Positions 1 through 10,119 of a DNA stretch of 28,972 nt are shown one piece after another. Each line of letters begins with the position of its first letter. Position 1 is the stretch's first letter. A program made the translations under genes and the position numbers. Below the pieces are notes generated by a model that saw only the letters and a program-made list of their open reading frames with translations, had not been told where the DNA came from and ran no database searches. Source of the DNA: a virus (taxonomy: Duplodnaviria; Caudoviricetes); the IMG/VR virus record IMGVR_UViG_3300046786_000187, positions 1-28,972 of that record. One strand, given 5' to 3'.

Positions 1-183
1 AACTTCGAAACAAGCGCAACAACTTGCACGACTTATTATGAGTTAAAATCAGAGGAAGGTAAAGTTCTAAGCAATGGTAACTACACGCTTACCGAACAAG
101 AATTCGCTGAATGGGGTAACGATAACACGTGGGTAGAACAATGCGTGGCTAACGCGATAGGAGTAACAATTTTATCTTTCTAA
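1..183 (+). CDS. 3' end of a small tail-fibre-associated hypothetical protein (partial, not in ORF track)
   Basis: Frame 1 is open from the edge: NFETSATTCTTYYELKSEEGKVLSNGNYTLTEQEFAEWGNDNTWVEQCVANAIGVTILSF, TAA at 181-183; next ATG at 185. Confidence 0.7.
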   Translation, partial: NFETSATTCTTYYELKSEEGKVLSNGNYTLTEQEFAEWGNDNTWVEQCVANAIGVTILSF

Positions 184-184
184 T

Positions 185-310
185 ATGAACTTAACAGAGG
201 AACATTTGAAGCAGTTAGACGCTTTCATTCAAGAGATGCCTGTCAAATTTGGCTTACCATTGATTCAATTCTTCAACAAGATAAAAGAGGAGCAAGAGAA
301 AGATGCCTAA
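185..310 (+). CDS. 41-aa hypothetical protein (not in ORF track)
   Basis: MNLTEEHLKQLDAFIQEMPVKFGLPLIQFFNKIKEEQEKDA*; fills the gap and overlaps the next start. Confidence 0.7.
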   Translation: MNLTEEHLKQLDAFIQEMPVKFGLPLIQFFNKIKEEQEKDA

Positions 311-905
311 CGAACAGAGCGCACCAAACTTCTTCGCTGTCGTTAACGATATGGCTAAACGCTTTGTTGAGTTGATGCAGTCCGACTATCGCATGAAGCG
401 AAAGGTCGGCAAGAACTTCACGAATGCAATCGCAAGTGGTACGCTCGAAAAGTCTTTGAAATACAGGTTACAAATCAAAGGGCAGAATATCAACGTTCAA
501 GTATACGCAAAGGGGAAAGGAGGTAAGTATTTCTTGTTTCGTGAGGATGGTGTGAATGGAACACAGAAATCACAAGGTGCACCCTATTCATTCAAACGTG
601 GCTCTGGAAGTAAACCTGCAAAGGGACAAATGTCACCAATGCAAAAAGCTATCTACGATTGGATGACCATCAAAGGTATTCGCCTTCGTGATAAAAGTAG
701 CGGAAAGTTTAAAAAGTCAACTGAAGAACTGAAACAACAAGTGGCAAAATTAATCATGTTCAAAGTTCGTAGAGATGGAATCAAGGGGTGGAAAGCATTT
801 GACTACGCGTATGAAAACATTTGGGACGAATACGAGGCAAAGGTAGTCGAAGCGTACGGAAAAGACTTTTCAGCAACAATAGAGAATCAATTAAAAGAAA
901 TATAA
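303..905 (+). CDS. putative tail completion/neck protein (HK97 gp10-like)
   Basis: Basic 200-aa protein with ASGTLEKSL, EDGVNG and RDGIK motifs typical of virion morphogenesis proteins; lies in the tail module. Confidence 0.5.
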   Translation: MPNEQSAPNFFAVVNDMAKRFVELMQSDYRMKRKVGKNFTNAIASGTLEKSLKYRLQIKGQNINVQVYAKGKGGKYFLFREDGVNGTQKSQGAPYSFKRGSGSKPAKGQMSPMQKAIYDWMTIKGIRLRDKSSGKFKKSTEELKQQVAKLIMFKVRRDGIKGWKAFDYAYENIWDEYEAKVVEAYGKDFSATIENQLKEI

Positions 906-906
906 A

Positions 907-2145
907 ATGGCAATTACAATAGTAGACCAACCATATCAATACACCCCCATTGGGCAGCGACTTATGCTCGTTGCTTCTTCAACGCATTCTGGCAACGCAG
1001 GCTTTCGTTATGTGTTTGACTTTGGATCGTTTCAAATCAACGTTCAACCAAATGCTCAAGGAATGGGAATGTTAGACCTTGCGCCTATCTTTCGTGAATC
1101 ATTGACACATCAAGCAGGAGTTGTAAATGATATTTCATTGAATAAGGAAGAGACAAGCGTTGCAACGATTCAATGCACAATAAAAGAAGGTTGGTTGATT
1201 GATGGAGTATTTACGGTTATCGGAAGCGGTATGGCTGATATTGACGATGTATTTGCTTTCCTTTCTGAATATCAAGTTGCAGATGGTTACAAGCCTAACC
1301 CAAATACGCGCTATGCGTTAGATGGAACGGACAAATACTTGTTAAGCGAAAGAAACGTCGAAACGCACAAATGGAGCGAAGCACCTTCTCGCGGTCTTTC
1401 AAACGATTGGGTATATATTCCAACACGCTTAGCAGATTGGGGGCAATTGTACTCAATCAATAACAACGGATTGTTAGTAGACAATTTAGCTGACAATTTG
1501 TATCTTTCAACGTATGACAACAACAACACGTTAGTTGAAAACAACAGTTACGAAATACCAAGCGACCTTAACGCTGTTTCTCGTTTGGGTGCTTATCCTG
1601 CTAACTTAATAAGCGAAGGAGCTGACTTTACCAATGTTAAATATTATACAATCCAAGCAGGGCAAGAAATTGCTTTCCCTATCTACACACCTTGTTCACG
1701 CGTTTATTGTTTTTACCTTGTCGCTGACGATTGTCGCTTTGACAATGTTCGTCTGGGTTGGTCAAATACTTGCGGTGGTGTGGATTACTTCAACTTCACG
1801 AAGAAGAGTGAATTGTCGTACAACTACGATCGTAAGCAATACCAAAAAGTAGTAGGTTCATATAATAGGTCTTCATTCTCTTTCGACACATACGACAGAG
1901 GAATAACTGACCGATACGTCACAACGACGAAAGGACTACAAATAAACAGCGATTGGGTATCGGTTGGAGAGTTCAACTTGTTGCAGACTTTATGCCGTTC
2001 AAACGACGTGTTTATAATTAACGACGACGGAACACAAACACCTGTGTTAGTTGACACTCAAAACTTTGTTATCAAGGACGAACGCTATTCAAAACTTTAT
2101 AATGTTACTTTGAATCTTAAATACTCACAACCTGTAGGTCTATGA
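907..2145 (+). CDS. putative tail tip/baseplate structural protein
   Basis: 412 aa, beta-rich, C-terminal WSNTCGGVDYFNF...INSDWVS block; coupled to the next tail gene. Confidence 0.55.
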   Translation: MAITIVDQPYQYTPIGQRLMLVASSTHSGNAGFRYVFDFGSFQINVQPNAQGMGMLDLAPIFRESLTHQAGVVNDISLNKEETSVATIQCTIKEGWLIDGVFTVIGSGMADIDDVFAFLSEYQVADGYKPNPNTRYALDGTDKYLLSERNVETHKWSEAPSRGLSNDWVYIPTRLADWGQLYSINNNGLLVDNLADNLYLSTYDNNNTLVENNSYEIPSDLNAVSRLGAYPANLISEGADFTNVKYYTIQAGQEIAFPIYTPCSRVYCFYLVADDCRFDNVRLGWSNTCGGVDYFNFTKKSELSYNYDRKQYQKVVGSYNRSSFSFDTYDRGITDRYVTTTKGLQINSDWVSVGEFNLLQTLCRSNDVFIINDDGTQTPVLVDTQNFVIKDERYSKLYNVTLNLKYSQPVGL

Positions 2146-4784
2146 TGAACGAAGTAATACTAACGCTAACCGATAGCAACGGAAACAGCGCGATTCTCGA
2201 CTTATATGAGAACGAGAAGATGCACTTAAACTATAAGTTCACGGATATTACCGACTTTGCTTCTGTAGGCAATTACTCGCAAGAGTTTAGAGTACCAGCA
2301 AGCAAGACGAACACCGACTTCTTCGGTGCTATCTTCAACGTGAACTTCGACGGATGGTTTGACTTTCGCAAGAAGGTAGACGCGGTATTGACGGTGAACA
2401 CTATTCCCATTGCAAGCGGTCACATACAGGTCAAGAAGCTGTATTGGCAAAGTGGTAAGTTGTTCGAATTCGAGGTGGTATTTTTCGGTGAAGTTCCAAA
2501 CCTTGCAAGATTACTTAATGAAAAGAAACTCAAAGATATTGAATCGATTGTCGCGGGTGATTTAGACTACGATTTACTTCACGCAAATGTTGAAACACCA
2601 CCAAATCCACACACGATTTTAACGCTATGCGATAAGTGGAATTTAACAGCAACAAATGTAGAAGGACAACCTGTTTATTCAAGCGTTATAGGTGGACAAC
2701 CTACCTACAAACCGCTTTATGTTGGTCACTTAACACCAGCTGTCAAGGCGCAATACTTGTTCGACCAGATAATGAACGACGCAGGTTTGCAGTATTCAAG
2801 TGATTATCTTTCGACAATCTTAGACCACATTTACGTTCCTTTTGTGAATGGTCAGTATTTGAACGCTTCCAACGGACTAAACGACATCGCGTCAAACGTT
2901 GGTCTTGCAAGTAACGTGAACAACATTCTTTTTGAACCTAATGATTACTTATACAACCTTTATACTCAATTTACAGAGTACGAAGATGCAGGAAACGATT
3001 GGTCAAGTGGTGTTTACACCGCGCCATTCACAGGACAATTCACATTTAGAAGTTGGGTACACGGACAAGCGACACCAACAGGTGCAGTTGGAGTAGGTCA
3101 AATACAATTCGGTTACGTGATTACAATTAACGACGGATTACTTCAACAATTTGACACGATTAGTCAAGGCACATCTTCCGTTAACAACTTAAGTTTAGAC
3201 ACAAATATCACGCTTCAATTAACCGCAGGTGACACGGTTAAATTTTACTTTTTTGCTTTCATATACCAACAAGCAGGAAGTTTCGAAATTGATTTCGGTG
3301 GTAATGCAAACATTGACTACACAGGAACAGGTGTTGAACTTGTAAGCGTTGGAACAGGATTAATAGGCGACACTTGCGTAATGGAGTTTAATGCTCCAGA
3401 TATGCGACAAATAGATTTTATAACGTCAATTCAAAAGATGTTCAACCTTGTTTTTGTTGCCGATAAGACGCTTCCGAACACGCTTAAGATTGAACCAATG
3501 GTTGAATATATAGCAAGCGGTAATACGCTCGATTGGTCGCAGAAGTTGGACTTGTCGAAAGACATTATGTACTCTCCAACGACCGACCTACAAAAGGCAA
3601 AGTTCTCTTTCACATATGCGGAAGACGGAGACTATTACAATTCAGTCTATAAAGATAATGGTCGCGTATATGGGCAATATGAAGTAACTGAAACAGATTT
3701 TGAAGTAATCAATGAGTTCGCAACAGGAGAAGAAAAGGTTGAGTTATCATTCGCTTCTACACCTTCCGCACCTGTGGAAAATACAGACGTTGTTGTACCA
3801 AAGTTTATCAATTCAGAAGGCAACTTCGTTCAACCTAAACCACGCATTCTTTACTACTTCGCTGACTTCTTTGTGAATATGTACGACGAGGTGAGCGGTA
3901 ACGTAGTACAAACAGCAGTAAAGTGTTTGAATAACTACTCAACAATGAACGCAACGGTGACGGATAAGGACTTAAACTTCGCTCCCGAAATACCACCTCA
4001 CACAATCATTGCTAACCCATACGAGAATCTTTACAATCGTTGGTGGAGAAATTACTATCGTGAACTTTACGACGGACAAGCGCGTATTTTAGAGGGAATG
4101 TTTGCGTTAACTCTAAACGACATATTTACGTTTCAATTTAGTGACAAGATTTGGATAATAGATTCTTGGTGGCGCGTGTTGGAAATCAACAACTACATCG
4201 TAGGCGAGCAAGATATGACAAGCGTGAAACTCATTCGCGTATTAGATATTGACAACGACTGCGACCTTAAACCTGTGTCGGCTAACCTTGACCAATCATT
4301 GAATTGGGAAACACCGAATGGTGATCCTGCAACAATAACAGAAGATTGTTGTCTGCGTTTTGGTTACAATTGGAACAGTGCAAAAGGCAATTGCTATTCA
4401 CAGCCCAACAACGGAACGCGTTCTTTCATCACTGCACAAGCACCAACATTAGCACCAACGAAATTCGGAGCGCCTGTTAGTTTTGGAGCTGGTGTTTCGC
4501 AGCCAGTTAGAACGATAACAACAGACTACGTTGTAACGAATTACGATAGAATGATTTTTGCAGATACGACAGGTGGAAATATTACAATCTATTTGCCTTC
4601 TGCAACGACAACGGCAGGTCGTGAGTTCATCATTCAGAAAAGCGCAGCGGCTAACGGAGTGACAGTTCAAGCCTACACAGGAGAAACGATTGAAGGAAGC
4701 GGAAGCGTGACCTTCACGGGGTTAGGTGACACAATAACAATTATAAGCAATGGAACAGACTTCAAAGCTACATCTTCAAAATAA
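2142..4784 (+). CDS. large tail tip/hub protein with an inserted C1q-like domain and a C-terminal fibre-type beta domain
   Basis: 880 aa; N-terminal YSQEFRVPASKTN motif; GVYTAPFTGQFTF...LQLTAGDTV; C-terminal DTTGGNITIYLPSA...GETIEG; next to the tape measure gene. Confidence 0.65.
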   Translation: MMNEVILTLTDSNGNSAILDLYENEKMHLNYKFTDITDFASVGNYSQEFRVPASKTNTDFFGAIFNVNFDGWFDFRKKVDAVLTVNTIPIASGHIQVKKLYWQSGKLFEFEVVFFGEVPNLARLLNEKKLKDIESIVAGDLDYDLLHANVETPPNPHTILTLCDKWNLTATNVEGQPVYSSVIGGQPTYKPLYVGHLTPAVKAQYLFDQIMNDAGLQYSSDYLSTILDHIYVPFVNGQYLNASNGLNDIASNVGLASNVNNILFEPNDYLYNLYTQFTEYEDAGNDWSSGVYTAPFTGQFTFRSWVHGQATPTGAVGVGQIQFGYVITINDGLLQQFDTISQGTSSVNNLSLDTNITLQLTAGDTVKFYFFAFIYQQAGSFEIDFGGNANIDYTGTGVELVSVGTGLIGDTCVMEFNAPDMRQIDFITSIQKMFNLVFVADKTLPNTLKIEPMVEYIASGNTLDWSQKLDLSKDIMYSPTTDLQKAKFSFTYAEDGDYYNSVYKDNGRVYGQYEVTETDFEVINEFATGEEKVELSFASTPSAPVENTDVVVPKFINSEGNFVQPKPRILYYFADFFVNMYDEVSGNVVQTAVKCLNNYSTMNATVTDKDLNFAPEIPPHTIIANPYENLYNRWWRNYYRELYDGQARILEGMFALTLNDIFTFQFSDKIWIIDSWWRVLEINNYIVGEQDMTSVKLIRVLDIDNDCDLKPVSANLDQSLNWETPNGDPATITEDCCLRFGYNWNSAKGNCYSQPNNGTRSFITAQAPTLAPTKFGAPVSFGAGVSQPVRTITTDYVVTNYDRMIFADTTGGNITIYLPSATTTAGREFIIQKSAAANGVTVQAYTGETIEGSGSVTFTGLGDTITIISNGTDFKATSSK

Positions 4785-4968
4785 AGCCGACGCAATGCTC
4801 GCTTGTTTGGAGTTCTTGAAATTAAATATCAAGACTGAAACTGATTTCGGTAAGATGGCGAATGGTAAGCGTAAGCTCAAGTTGTGGGTTTATAATTTAT
4901 ATAAGTTTGTCGTAATTCCTGTAAACTACGCGTTTTGGATATTTCTATTATATATAATCTTCTTCTAA
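4750..4968 (+). CDS. small membrane protein
   Basis: 72 aa with a hydrophobic C-terminus; overlaps the upstream gene and ends 1 nt before the tape measure start. Confidence 0.6.
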   Translation: MEQTSKLHLQNKADAMLACLEFLKLNIKTETDFGKMANGKRKLKLWVYNLYKFVVIPVNYAFWIFLLYIIFF

Positions 4969-4969
4969 A

Positions 4970-7141
4970 ATGGCAGCTACTACAAAAGAATTTAATGTAA
5001 CGGGTAATGCAATAACAGTTTTGAATAAAACGACTACTGCTGCTGAAGGAACAGCAGAAGCAGTTAAGACATTAAATAAACAATATCTTGAATTAAAAAA
5101 ACAGCAAGAGCAATACAAACCAAATACAGCAGAATTTAAGGCTCTTACTCAGCAAATGGCTGAGTTAAAAAAGCAGATGAAAGAATCTGCTGACGCTGTA
5201 GCTCAACAAACAACTCCAGCTGTCGAAGGATTGCGTGGAACATTTGGTACAATGAAAGAACAAGTAATGGACTTCAATTTTGAAGGACTTACTGAATCTC
5301 TTAAATCATTTACCTCAAATCTTTCAAGAGTTAATGTTAGCAGTATTACAGGTTCTTTAAAAGCAATGCTATCAGCAGGAGTTCAAGGATTTAAAACTCT
5401 TGGAAATGTAATTAAAGCTAATCCGATTTTTCTTGTTGCTGGTGCTCTTATTGGTATTATTGCATATTGGGAAAAACTTAGTAATTTAGTAAGTGGTAAG
5501 GGAGCAATGAAACAAGCATTGCAAAGTCAAGTTGCAGCTTATGAAAATCAAGCTAAACAATTAGAGCGAATTAATAGTCTTGTTAAAATTCAAAATAAAG
5601 ATGCAGGACAAATATTAAAAAGTGAGTTATTCATTCTTGAAGTTAAAAAGCAACAAGCTTTAGCTGCTTATCGCTTAGCATTGCTTGAAGATGATACAGC
5701 TAAAATAGCTGAACAACGTAATGCTTTAGATGATGCAAATGCAGCTATTGCTATGCGTAGAGAGCAAAGTGCTAAAAGTATTAATGATTATTATAACGAC
5801 GCACTTCAAAATTCTGAAAAGCAATTAAATAGTGATGCTGATAGGCGAAAAGTAAATCAAGAAATTAATAGCAAAATAAGTGAGGCAATGGATTTACAAA
5901 TTGCCTTAACTGCTGAGATTGACAAGCAAAAAGTAATATTAGAACAACAAAAAAAATTACCAGGGGTATTAGGAGATCCAAAAGCTACTCAAAATGAAAT
6001 TGATAGATTAGTAGAAGAACGTAAATCATATACTAAAAAGGTATTTTATTTAGACGATGTTTATAGAAAAGAGCAATTAGACGCATTAGATAAAGCGGAA
6101 AAAAATAGATTAAAAGCTTTAAATGATGCACATCAAGCTGAATTAAATGCAAGAAGAGATTTTGAACTTCAACTACGTAATGAAATATTTAAAACCACAG
6201 CTACACAAGATGAGTATGAAATAGAAATGCTTACTCAGCAATATGACAAGAAAAAAGAAGATGCAAAGAAAAACAAAGCTGATTTATTGCTTGTCGAAGA
6301 ATGGTATACGAATGCACTTTCTGAATTATTACTTAGCCAAGCTGAAAGAGAATATCAAATAGATCAAGAAAAAAATAAAAAGCTATTAGATAAAAAGAAA
6401 GAAGCTCACGATAAAGAACAAGAACTTGCTACTGCTTATAATGATAGAAGAAATGCAATTGATAATGAATTAAACAATGCTAAATTATCTGCACAAGATT
6501 TAGAATTGCAAGATGTCAGAAATCATTATTTAGCTTTAATAGCAGAAGCTAAATATTTTGGAAAAGATGCACAAGTATTAATAGAAGCACAAAAAAAAGC
6601 AGAAGCTGAAATAAATAAAAAATATGATGATGAAAATCTTGCTAAACAACAAGCAACATTTACTGCGAGATTAGGACTTGTTTCAAGTGGATTAGATGCA
6701 CTTGGAGCATTAAATGACGCATTTACAAAAAGAGGTCAAGAGCAATCAAGAAAGCAATTCCAAATTCAAAAAACATTGAATCTTGCGTCTGCTGTTGTGG
6801 ATACTTATGGTGGTATAAACAGAGCATTAAACGACAAGACAATGCCTTCAACAACCGCTCGTATCATTCAAGCGTCAATCGTTGGAGCAATGGGATTGGC
6901 TAACGTGATAAAGATTAGCAAGACTGAATACGGAAACGCTTCTGCTCCTTCTGGAACAAATATGAGTGCAGGAAGTGTAGGCGGTGGGACAGAAGCACCT
7001 TCACCTGCCAACTTCGCGTTCTTGGGCAACCAACCCAACCAACAACAACCACCGCTTCAAGCGTACGTCGTTGGAGCGCAAGTATCAAGCAATTTAGAGG
7101 CTCAACAATTAATACAAAATCAATCAAGATTAGGAGGATAA
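4970..7141 (+). CDS. tail tape measure protein
   Basis: 723 aa, Ala/Glu/Lys/Gln-rich helical protein; IKANPIFLVAGALIGIIAYWEK hydrophobic segment; C-terminal QAYVVGAQVS motif. Confidence 0.8.
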   Translation: MAATTKEFNVTGNAITVLNKTTTAAEGTAEAVKTLNKQYLELKKQQEQYKPNTAEFKALTQQMAELKKQMKESADAVAQQTTPAVEGLRGTFGTMKEQVMDFNFEGLTESLKSFTSNLSRVNVSSITGSLKAMLSAGVQGFKTLGNVIKANPIFLVAGALIGIIAYWEKLSNLVSGKGAMKQALQSQVAAYENQAKQLERINSLVKIQNKDAGQILKSELFILEVKKQQALAAYRLALLEDDTAKIAEQRNALDDANAAIAMRREQSAKSINDYYNDALQNSEKQLNSDADRRKVNQEINSKISEAMDLQIALTAEIDKQKVILEQQKKLPGVLGDPKATQNEIDRLVEERKSYTKKVFYLDDVYRKEQLDALDKAEKNRLKALNDAHQAELNARRDFELQLRNEIFKTTATQDEYEIEMLTQQYDKKKEDAKKNKADLLLVEEWYTNALSELLLSQAEREYQIDQEKNKKLLDKKKEAHDKEQELATAYNDRRNAIDNELNNAKLSAQDLELQDVRNHYLALIAEAKYFGKDAQVLIEAQKKAEAEINKKYDDENLAKQQATFTARLGLVSSGLDALGALNDAFTKRGQEQSRKQFQIQKTLNLASAVVDTYGGINRALNDKTMPSTTARIIQASIVGAMGLANVIKISKTEYGNASAPSGTNMSAGSVGGGTEAPSPANFAFLGNQPNQQQPPLQAYVVGAQVSSNLEAQQLIQNQSRLGG

Positions 7142-7145
7142 AACA

Positions 7146-7727
7146 ATGAAAAAAATTAAAGTAATCGAGTACGGAATAGACGAAGGTGGTCTATTAGGAG
7201 TATACGCTATCAGCGTAGTTGAACAACCTGCAATAGGTGTCGATTTCGTCGTGTTAAGCGAACAACACAACGTGAAGTTCAAAGAAGATTTCAGAGGTCT
7301 GTTGTATGGAGCGTTATTGATTCCAGACCAACTGATTTACCGACGCAATGAGGACACAAACGAGGAATACTATGTGAAGTATTCGAAAGACACTATTCGT
7401 GCAATTGCTTACAACTACTTAAAGCAAGCAAACCAAAACAACGCAACAGTTGAACACGCGAAAGTGGTTGATGGAGTGTCGTTAGTTGAGACGTGGATCA
7501 TTGAAGGAGAAAACGACAAATCGAAGAACTTCGGATTTGACCTTCCAGAAGGAACTTGGTTCGGTTGTATGAAAGTGGACAATGAAGAAGTAAAACAACA
7601 GATTCAAAACAAAGAGGTGTTAGGTTTCTCAATCGAAGGAAGATTTGGAGTTTCAAAAGAAATGTATTTGAGCGAACAAATTCCTTCTTTACTTCAAGAG
7701 TTAGAAGCAATTCTAAAAGGAGAATAA
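7146..7727 (+). CDS. prohead maturation serine protease, XkdF-like
   Basis: GALLIPD, NATVEH, VETWII, LPEGTWF and GFSIEG motifs; upstream of scaffold and capsid genes. Confidence 0.85.
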   Translation: MKKIKVIEYGIDEGGLLGVYAISVVEQPAIGVDFVVLSEQHNVKFKEDFRGLLYGALLIPDQLIYRRNEDTNEEYYVKYSKDTIRAIAYNYLKQANQNNATVEHAKVVDGVSLVETWIIEGENDKSKNFGFDLPEGTWFGCMKVDNEEVKQQIQNKEVLGFSIEGRFGVSKEMYLSEQIPSLLQELEAILKGE

Positions 7728-7728
7728 G

Positions 7729-7905
7729 ATGCACATAGAAGCAGGGGGGTTCTTAAAGGTTGAATTATTTAACGACGATGCAACCCTGTTTCTAAACGCG
7801 CTCACCAAGATAACGAATGAGGGCGGAAAAATGGGGTTTAAGACGTATGGCTTAAGCGAAGATGAGTTGAAAGTATTGAACGCGATTTTGGACACTTTGG
7901 GATAA
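7729..7905 (+). CDS. 58-aa hypothetical protein (not in ORF track)
   Basis: MHIEAGGFLKVELFNDDATLF...NAILDTLG*; ATG 1 nt after the protease stop. Confidence 0.6.
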   Translation: MHIEAGGFLKVELFNDDATLFLNALTKITNEGGKMGFKTYGLSEDELKVLNAILDTLG

Positions 7906-7935
7906 AAAAAAACGGAGGGACATCACACCCTCCGT
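7904..7935 (-). terminator. intrinsic terminator oriented on the minus strand
   Basis: Perfect 8-bp stem ACGGAGGG (7912-7919)/CCCTCCGT (7928-7935); A run 7904-7912 gives a U tract only on the minus strand. Confidence 0.7.
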
Positions 7936-8031
7936 CTAAACCAAAAATCAAAAATTGAACTAAAAAAATCAATTATGAAACAAATCTACACCTTTTTATA
8001 TTATCACATCAAACAAACAATTAACAGAATT

Positions 8032-8601
8032 ATGAATTTACGAGAAAAAGTAAACGCTCTATTCGCAAAACACAATGTTAGCCTATCAGCCGAAGAGGTT
8101 GTTGAGGTAAAGCAAATGGTTGAGGCGATCTTAGAGGACGGAACAAGCATCTATTCAGATAGCGACGTTTGGGCTGTTGGTGTTCGTGTATTCGGCAAAG
8201 ACGCAGACGGAAACGAAGTTGCGTTGATGGACGGAGAATACAAGACCGCTGAAGGCTTAGTTGTTACTGTAACAGGTGGACTTGTTGAGGAGATTGCTTC
8301 TATTGAAGAAGAAGCTCCAGAAGTAGAAGTTGCTGCTGAGGTTGAGCAATCAACAGAAGCAGTTGCTGAAGAATCACTAAACGCAGAGGTTGAAGGACTT
8401 CTTTCGTTGGTTGCTAAATTGGAGAGTGAACTTGCTGAGGTTAAAAAGACCAACGCTGAACTTTCTTCTGAAGTAACAAAATTAAGCGCTCAGCCTGCTG
8501 CGCCTTCTATCAAAGAAGTAAAGCAAGCAAAACAAACAAATGCGAAACCTTACGCTAAAATGACAGCAGAAGAACGTTTCGTTTATCACTTAAACAAATA
8601 A
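8032..8601 (+). CDS. capsid scaffolding protein (likely start 8032, MNLREKV)
   Basis: Acidic, LMDGEYKT motif, C-terminal coiled coil; directly upstream of the capsid gene; A-rich leader before 8032. Confidence 0.75.
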   Translation: MNLREKVNALFAKHNVSLSAEEVVEVKQMVEAILEDGTSIYSDSDVWAVGVRVFGKDADGNEVALMDGEYKTAEGLVVTVTGGLVEEIASIEEEAPEVEVAAEVEQSTEAVAEESLNAEVEGLLSLVAKLESELAEVKKTNAELSSEVTKLSAQPAAPSIKEVKQAKQTNAKPYAKMTAEERFVYHLNK

Positions 8602-8617
8602 AAAAATAAAATAAAAA

Positions 8618-9511
8618 ATGGGAGCTACACTTTCAAGTACCTACGCAGGTAAAGAGGCTGCAGGATATATCCGCGCAGCATTTTTGAGTAACGAGTCTTT
8701 AGCAGCAGTTACATTCAAAGAAAACATCGAGTACAAACAAGTTGTTCGCAAATTAGTTGACGCAATCACTTTTGCAGATGCTACTTGTGATTTCACTTCA
8801 TCTGGAACAATTGCTTTAACAGAGCGCATTTTGACTTTGGAGAAATTCCAAGTTCAGAAATCTTTGTGTAAAAATACGTTCTTAAACGATTGGGAAGCAA
8901 AAGCAGAACAAGATGGCTATCTTCACGCTTCATTGACTGACGCTATTATTGCAAATATGATGGCAGGTATCGCAGCTGAAAATGAGCGCATAATGTGGCA
9001 AGGTGTTAACGCAACAGGCGGAGAATACGCAGGTTTCGAGACTTTGTTCTTGGCTGACGCTTCAGTTCTTGACGTTAGCGGTGCTACTACTATCGACGAT
9101 ACTAACGTAATTGACGAAATCAAAAAATTAGTTGCTACACTTCCAGTTCGCGTTCGTCGTGCTGCTGAAAAGCCTGTTATTGCAGTTTCTTCAAACGTTG
9201 CTGAGGCTTACCGCAATGCAGTTCTTGGTCTTGGAGCAGGTTACTACTTGTATCAAGGAGAAGCTGTTAAAATGACTTGGAACGGACAATACGAAATTAT
9301 TGAGTGTCCTGGAATGTCAGACGACACAATGGCTATGTTCCAAAAGTCTAACCTTTGGTTCGGAACTAACTTGAAAGACCAATGGAACAACGTGGCAGTA
9401 TTGGATATGTTCGAACACGACTTATCTAACAATGTACGTTTCTCTTGTTCTTTCTTCGCAGGTGTACAATACGGATTCGGAAACGAAATCGCATTCTATC
9501 AACCAGCCTAA
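8618..9511 (+). CDS. major capsid protein
   Basis: 297 aa after protease and scaffold; YAGKEAAGYI, TCDF, LTERILT, LWFGTNL motifs; followed by a strong hairpin. Confidence 0.85.
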   Translation: MGATLSSTYAGKEAAGYIRAAFLSNESLAAVTFKENIEYKQVVRKLVDAITFADATCDFTSSGTIALTERILTLEKFQVQKSLCKNTFLNDWEAKAEQDGYLHASLTDAIIANMMAGIAAENERIMWQGVNATGGEYAGFETLFLADASVLDVSGATTIDDTNVIDEIKKLVATLPVRVRRAAEKPVIAVSSNVAEAYRNAVLGLGAGYYLYQGEAVKMTWNGQYEIIECPGMSDDTMAMFQKSNLWFGTNLKDQWNNVAVLDMFEHDLSNNVRFSCSFFAGVQYGFGNEIAFYQPA

Positions 9512-9528
9512 TTAATTAACCAACCCTT

Positions 9529-9572
9529 GCACGATTAGAGGTAGTGGAGTAAAATCCACTCCTCTTTTGTGC
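9529..9572 (+). terminator. stem-loop after the capsid gene (partial terminator or mRNA-stabilising hairpin)
   Basis: AGAGG-t-AGTGGA (9537-9548) pairs with TCCACT-CCTCT (9555-9565); short T run; GCACGA/TTGTGC extends the stem. Confidence 0.65.
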
Positions 9573-9590
9573 TAATAAAAATATAATAAT

Positions 9591-10103
9591 ATGGCTTGTG
9601 AATTAAGTATTGGATTTACACTCGATTGCAAAGATGGCATCGGTGGAATTAAAAAAATTGTTCTTTGTGATACTGTTCAATCATTTGAATTTGAAGTAGG
9701 AACAGAAGTTGTAAGCGTAATCAATGCTGCAAACGTTAATGATTTGTACACTTACGAATTACCTACTCAAACAGGATCCTTTGAAGAGACAATCAACTTT
9801 AATCGCGACAACGGAACGGTGTTTTACACTCAAACCGTTAATGTAATGTTGCACAAATTAAGCGCAGCGAAGCGTTTAGAATTGCAAACAGTTGCTACTG
9901 CACGCGTAGTTGTATTTGTTGAAGACACCAATTCAAATTGGTGGGCTGTCGGTTACGAATATGGAGCAGACCTTTCTACTTCAACAGCAGGAACAGGAAC
10001 TGCATTAGGAGACGCAAATGGATATACTCTTGCTTTCACTCACGAAAGTCCAAAGAGAGCATATAAATTGGCTGATGCTCCTTCTATAATCATTGCAGAC
10101 TAA
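9591..10103 (+). CDS. major tail tube protein
   Basis: 170 aa; MACEL...LDCKDGIGGIK, NGTVFYTQT and GTALGDANGYTLAF motifs of Bacteroidota-phage structural proteins; followed by a hairpin. Confidence 0.65.
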   Translation: MACELSIGFTLDCKDGIGGIKKIVLCDTVQSFEFEVGTEVVSVINAANVNDLYTYELPTQTGSFEETINFNRDNGTVFYTQTVNVMLHKLSAAKRLELQTVATARVVVFVEDTNSNWWAVGYEYGADLSTSTAGTGTALGDANGYTLAFTHESPKRAYKLADAPSIIIAD

Positions 10104-10119
10104 TAAAAAAACTTTTACA

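Noticed and set aside
7975-8031. Extended N-termini in the ORF track (7975, 13810, 18955, 19998, 21507, 22597, 22874)
   Set aside because: They overlap other genes, promoters or leaders; downstream ATGs with A-rich leaders fit better
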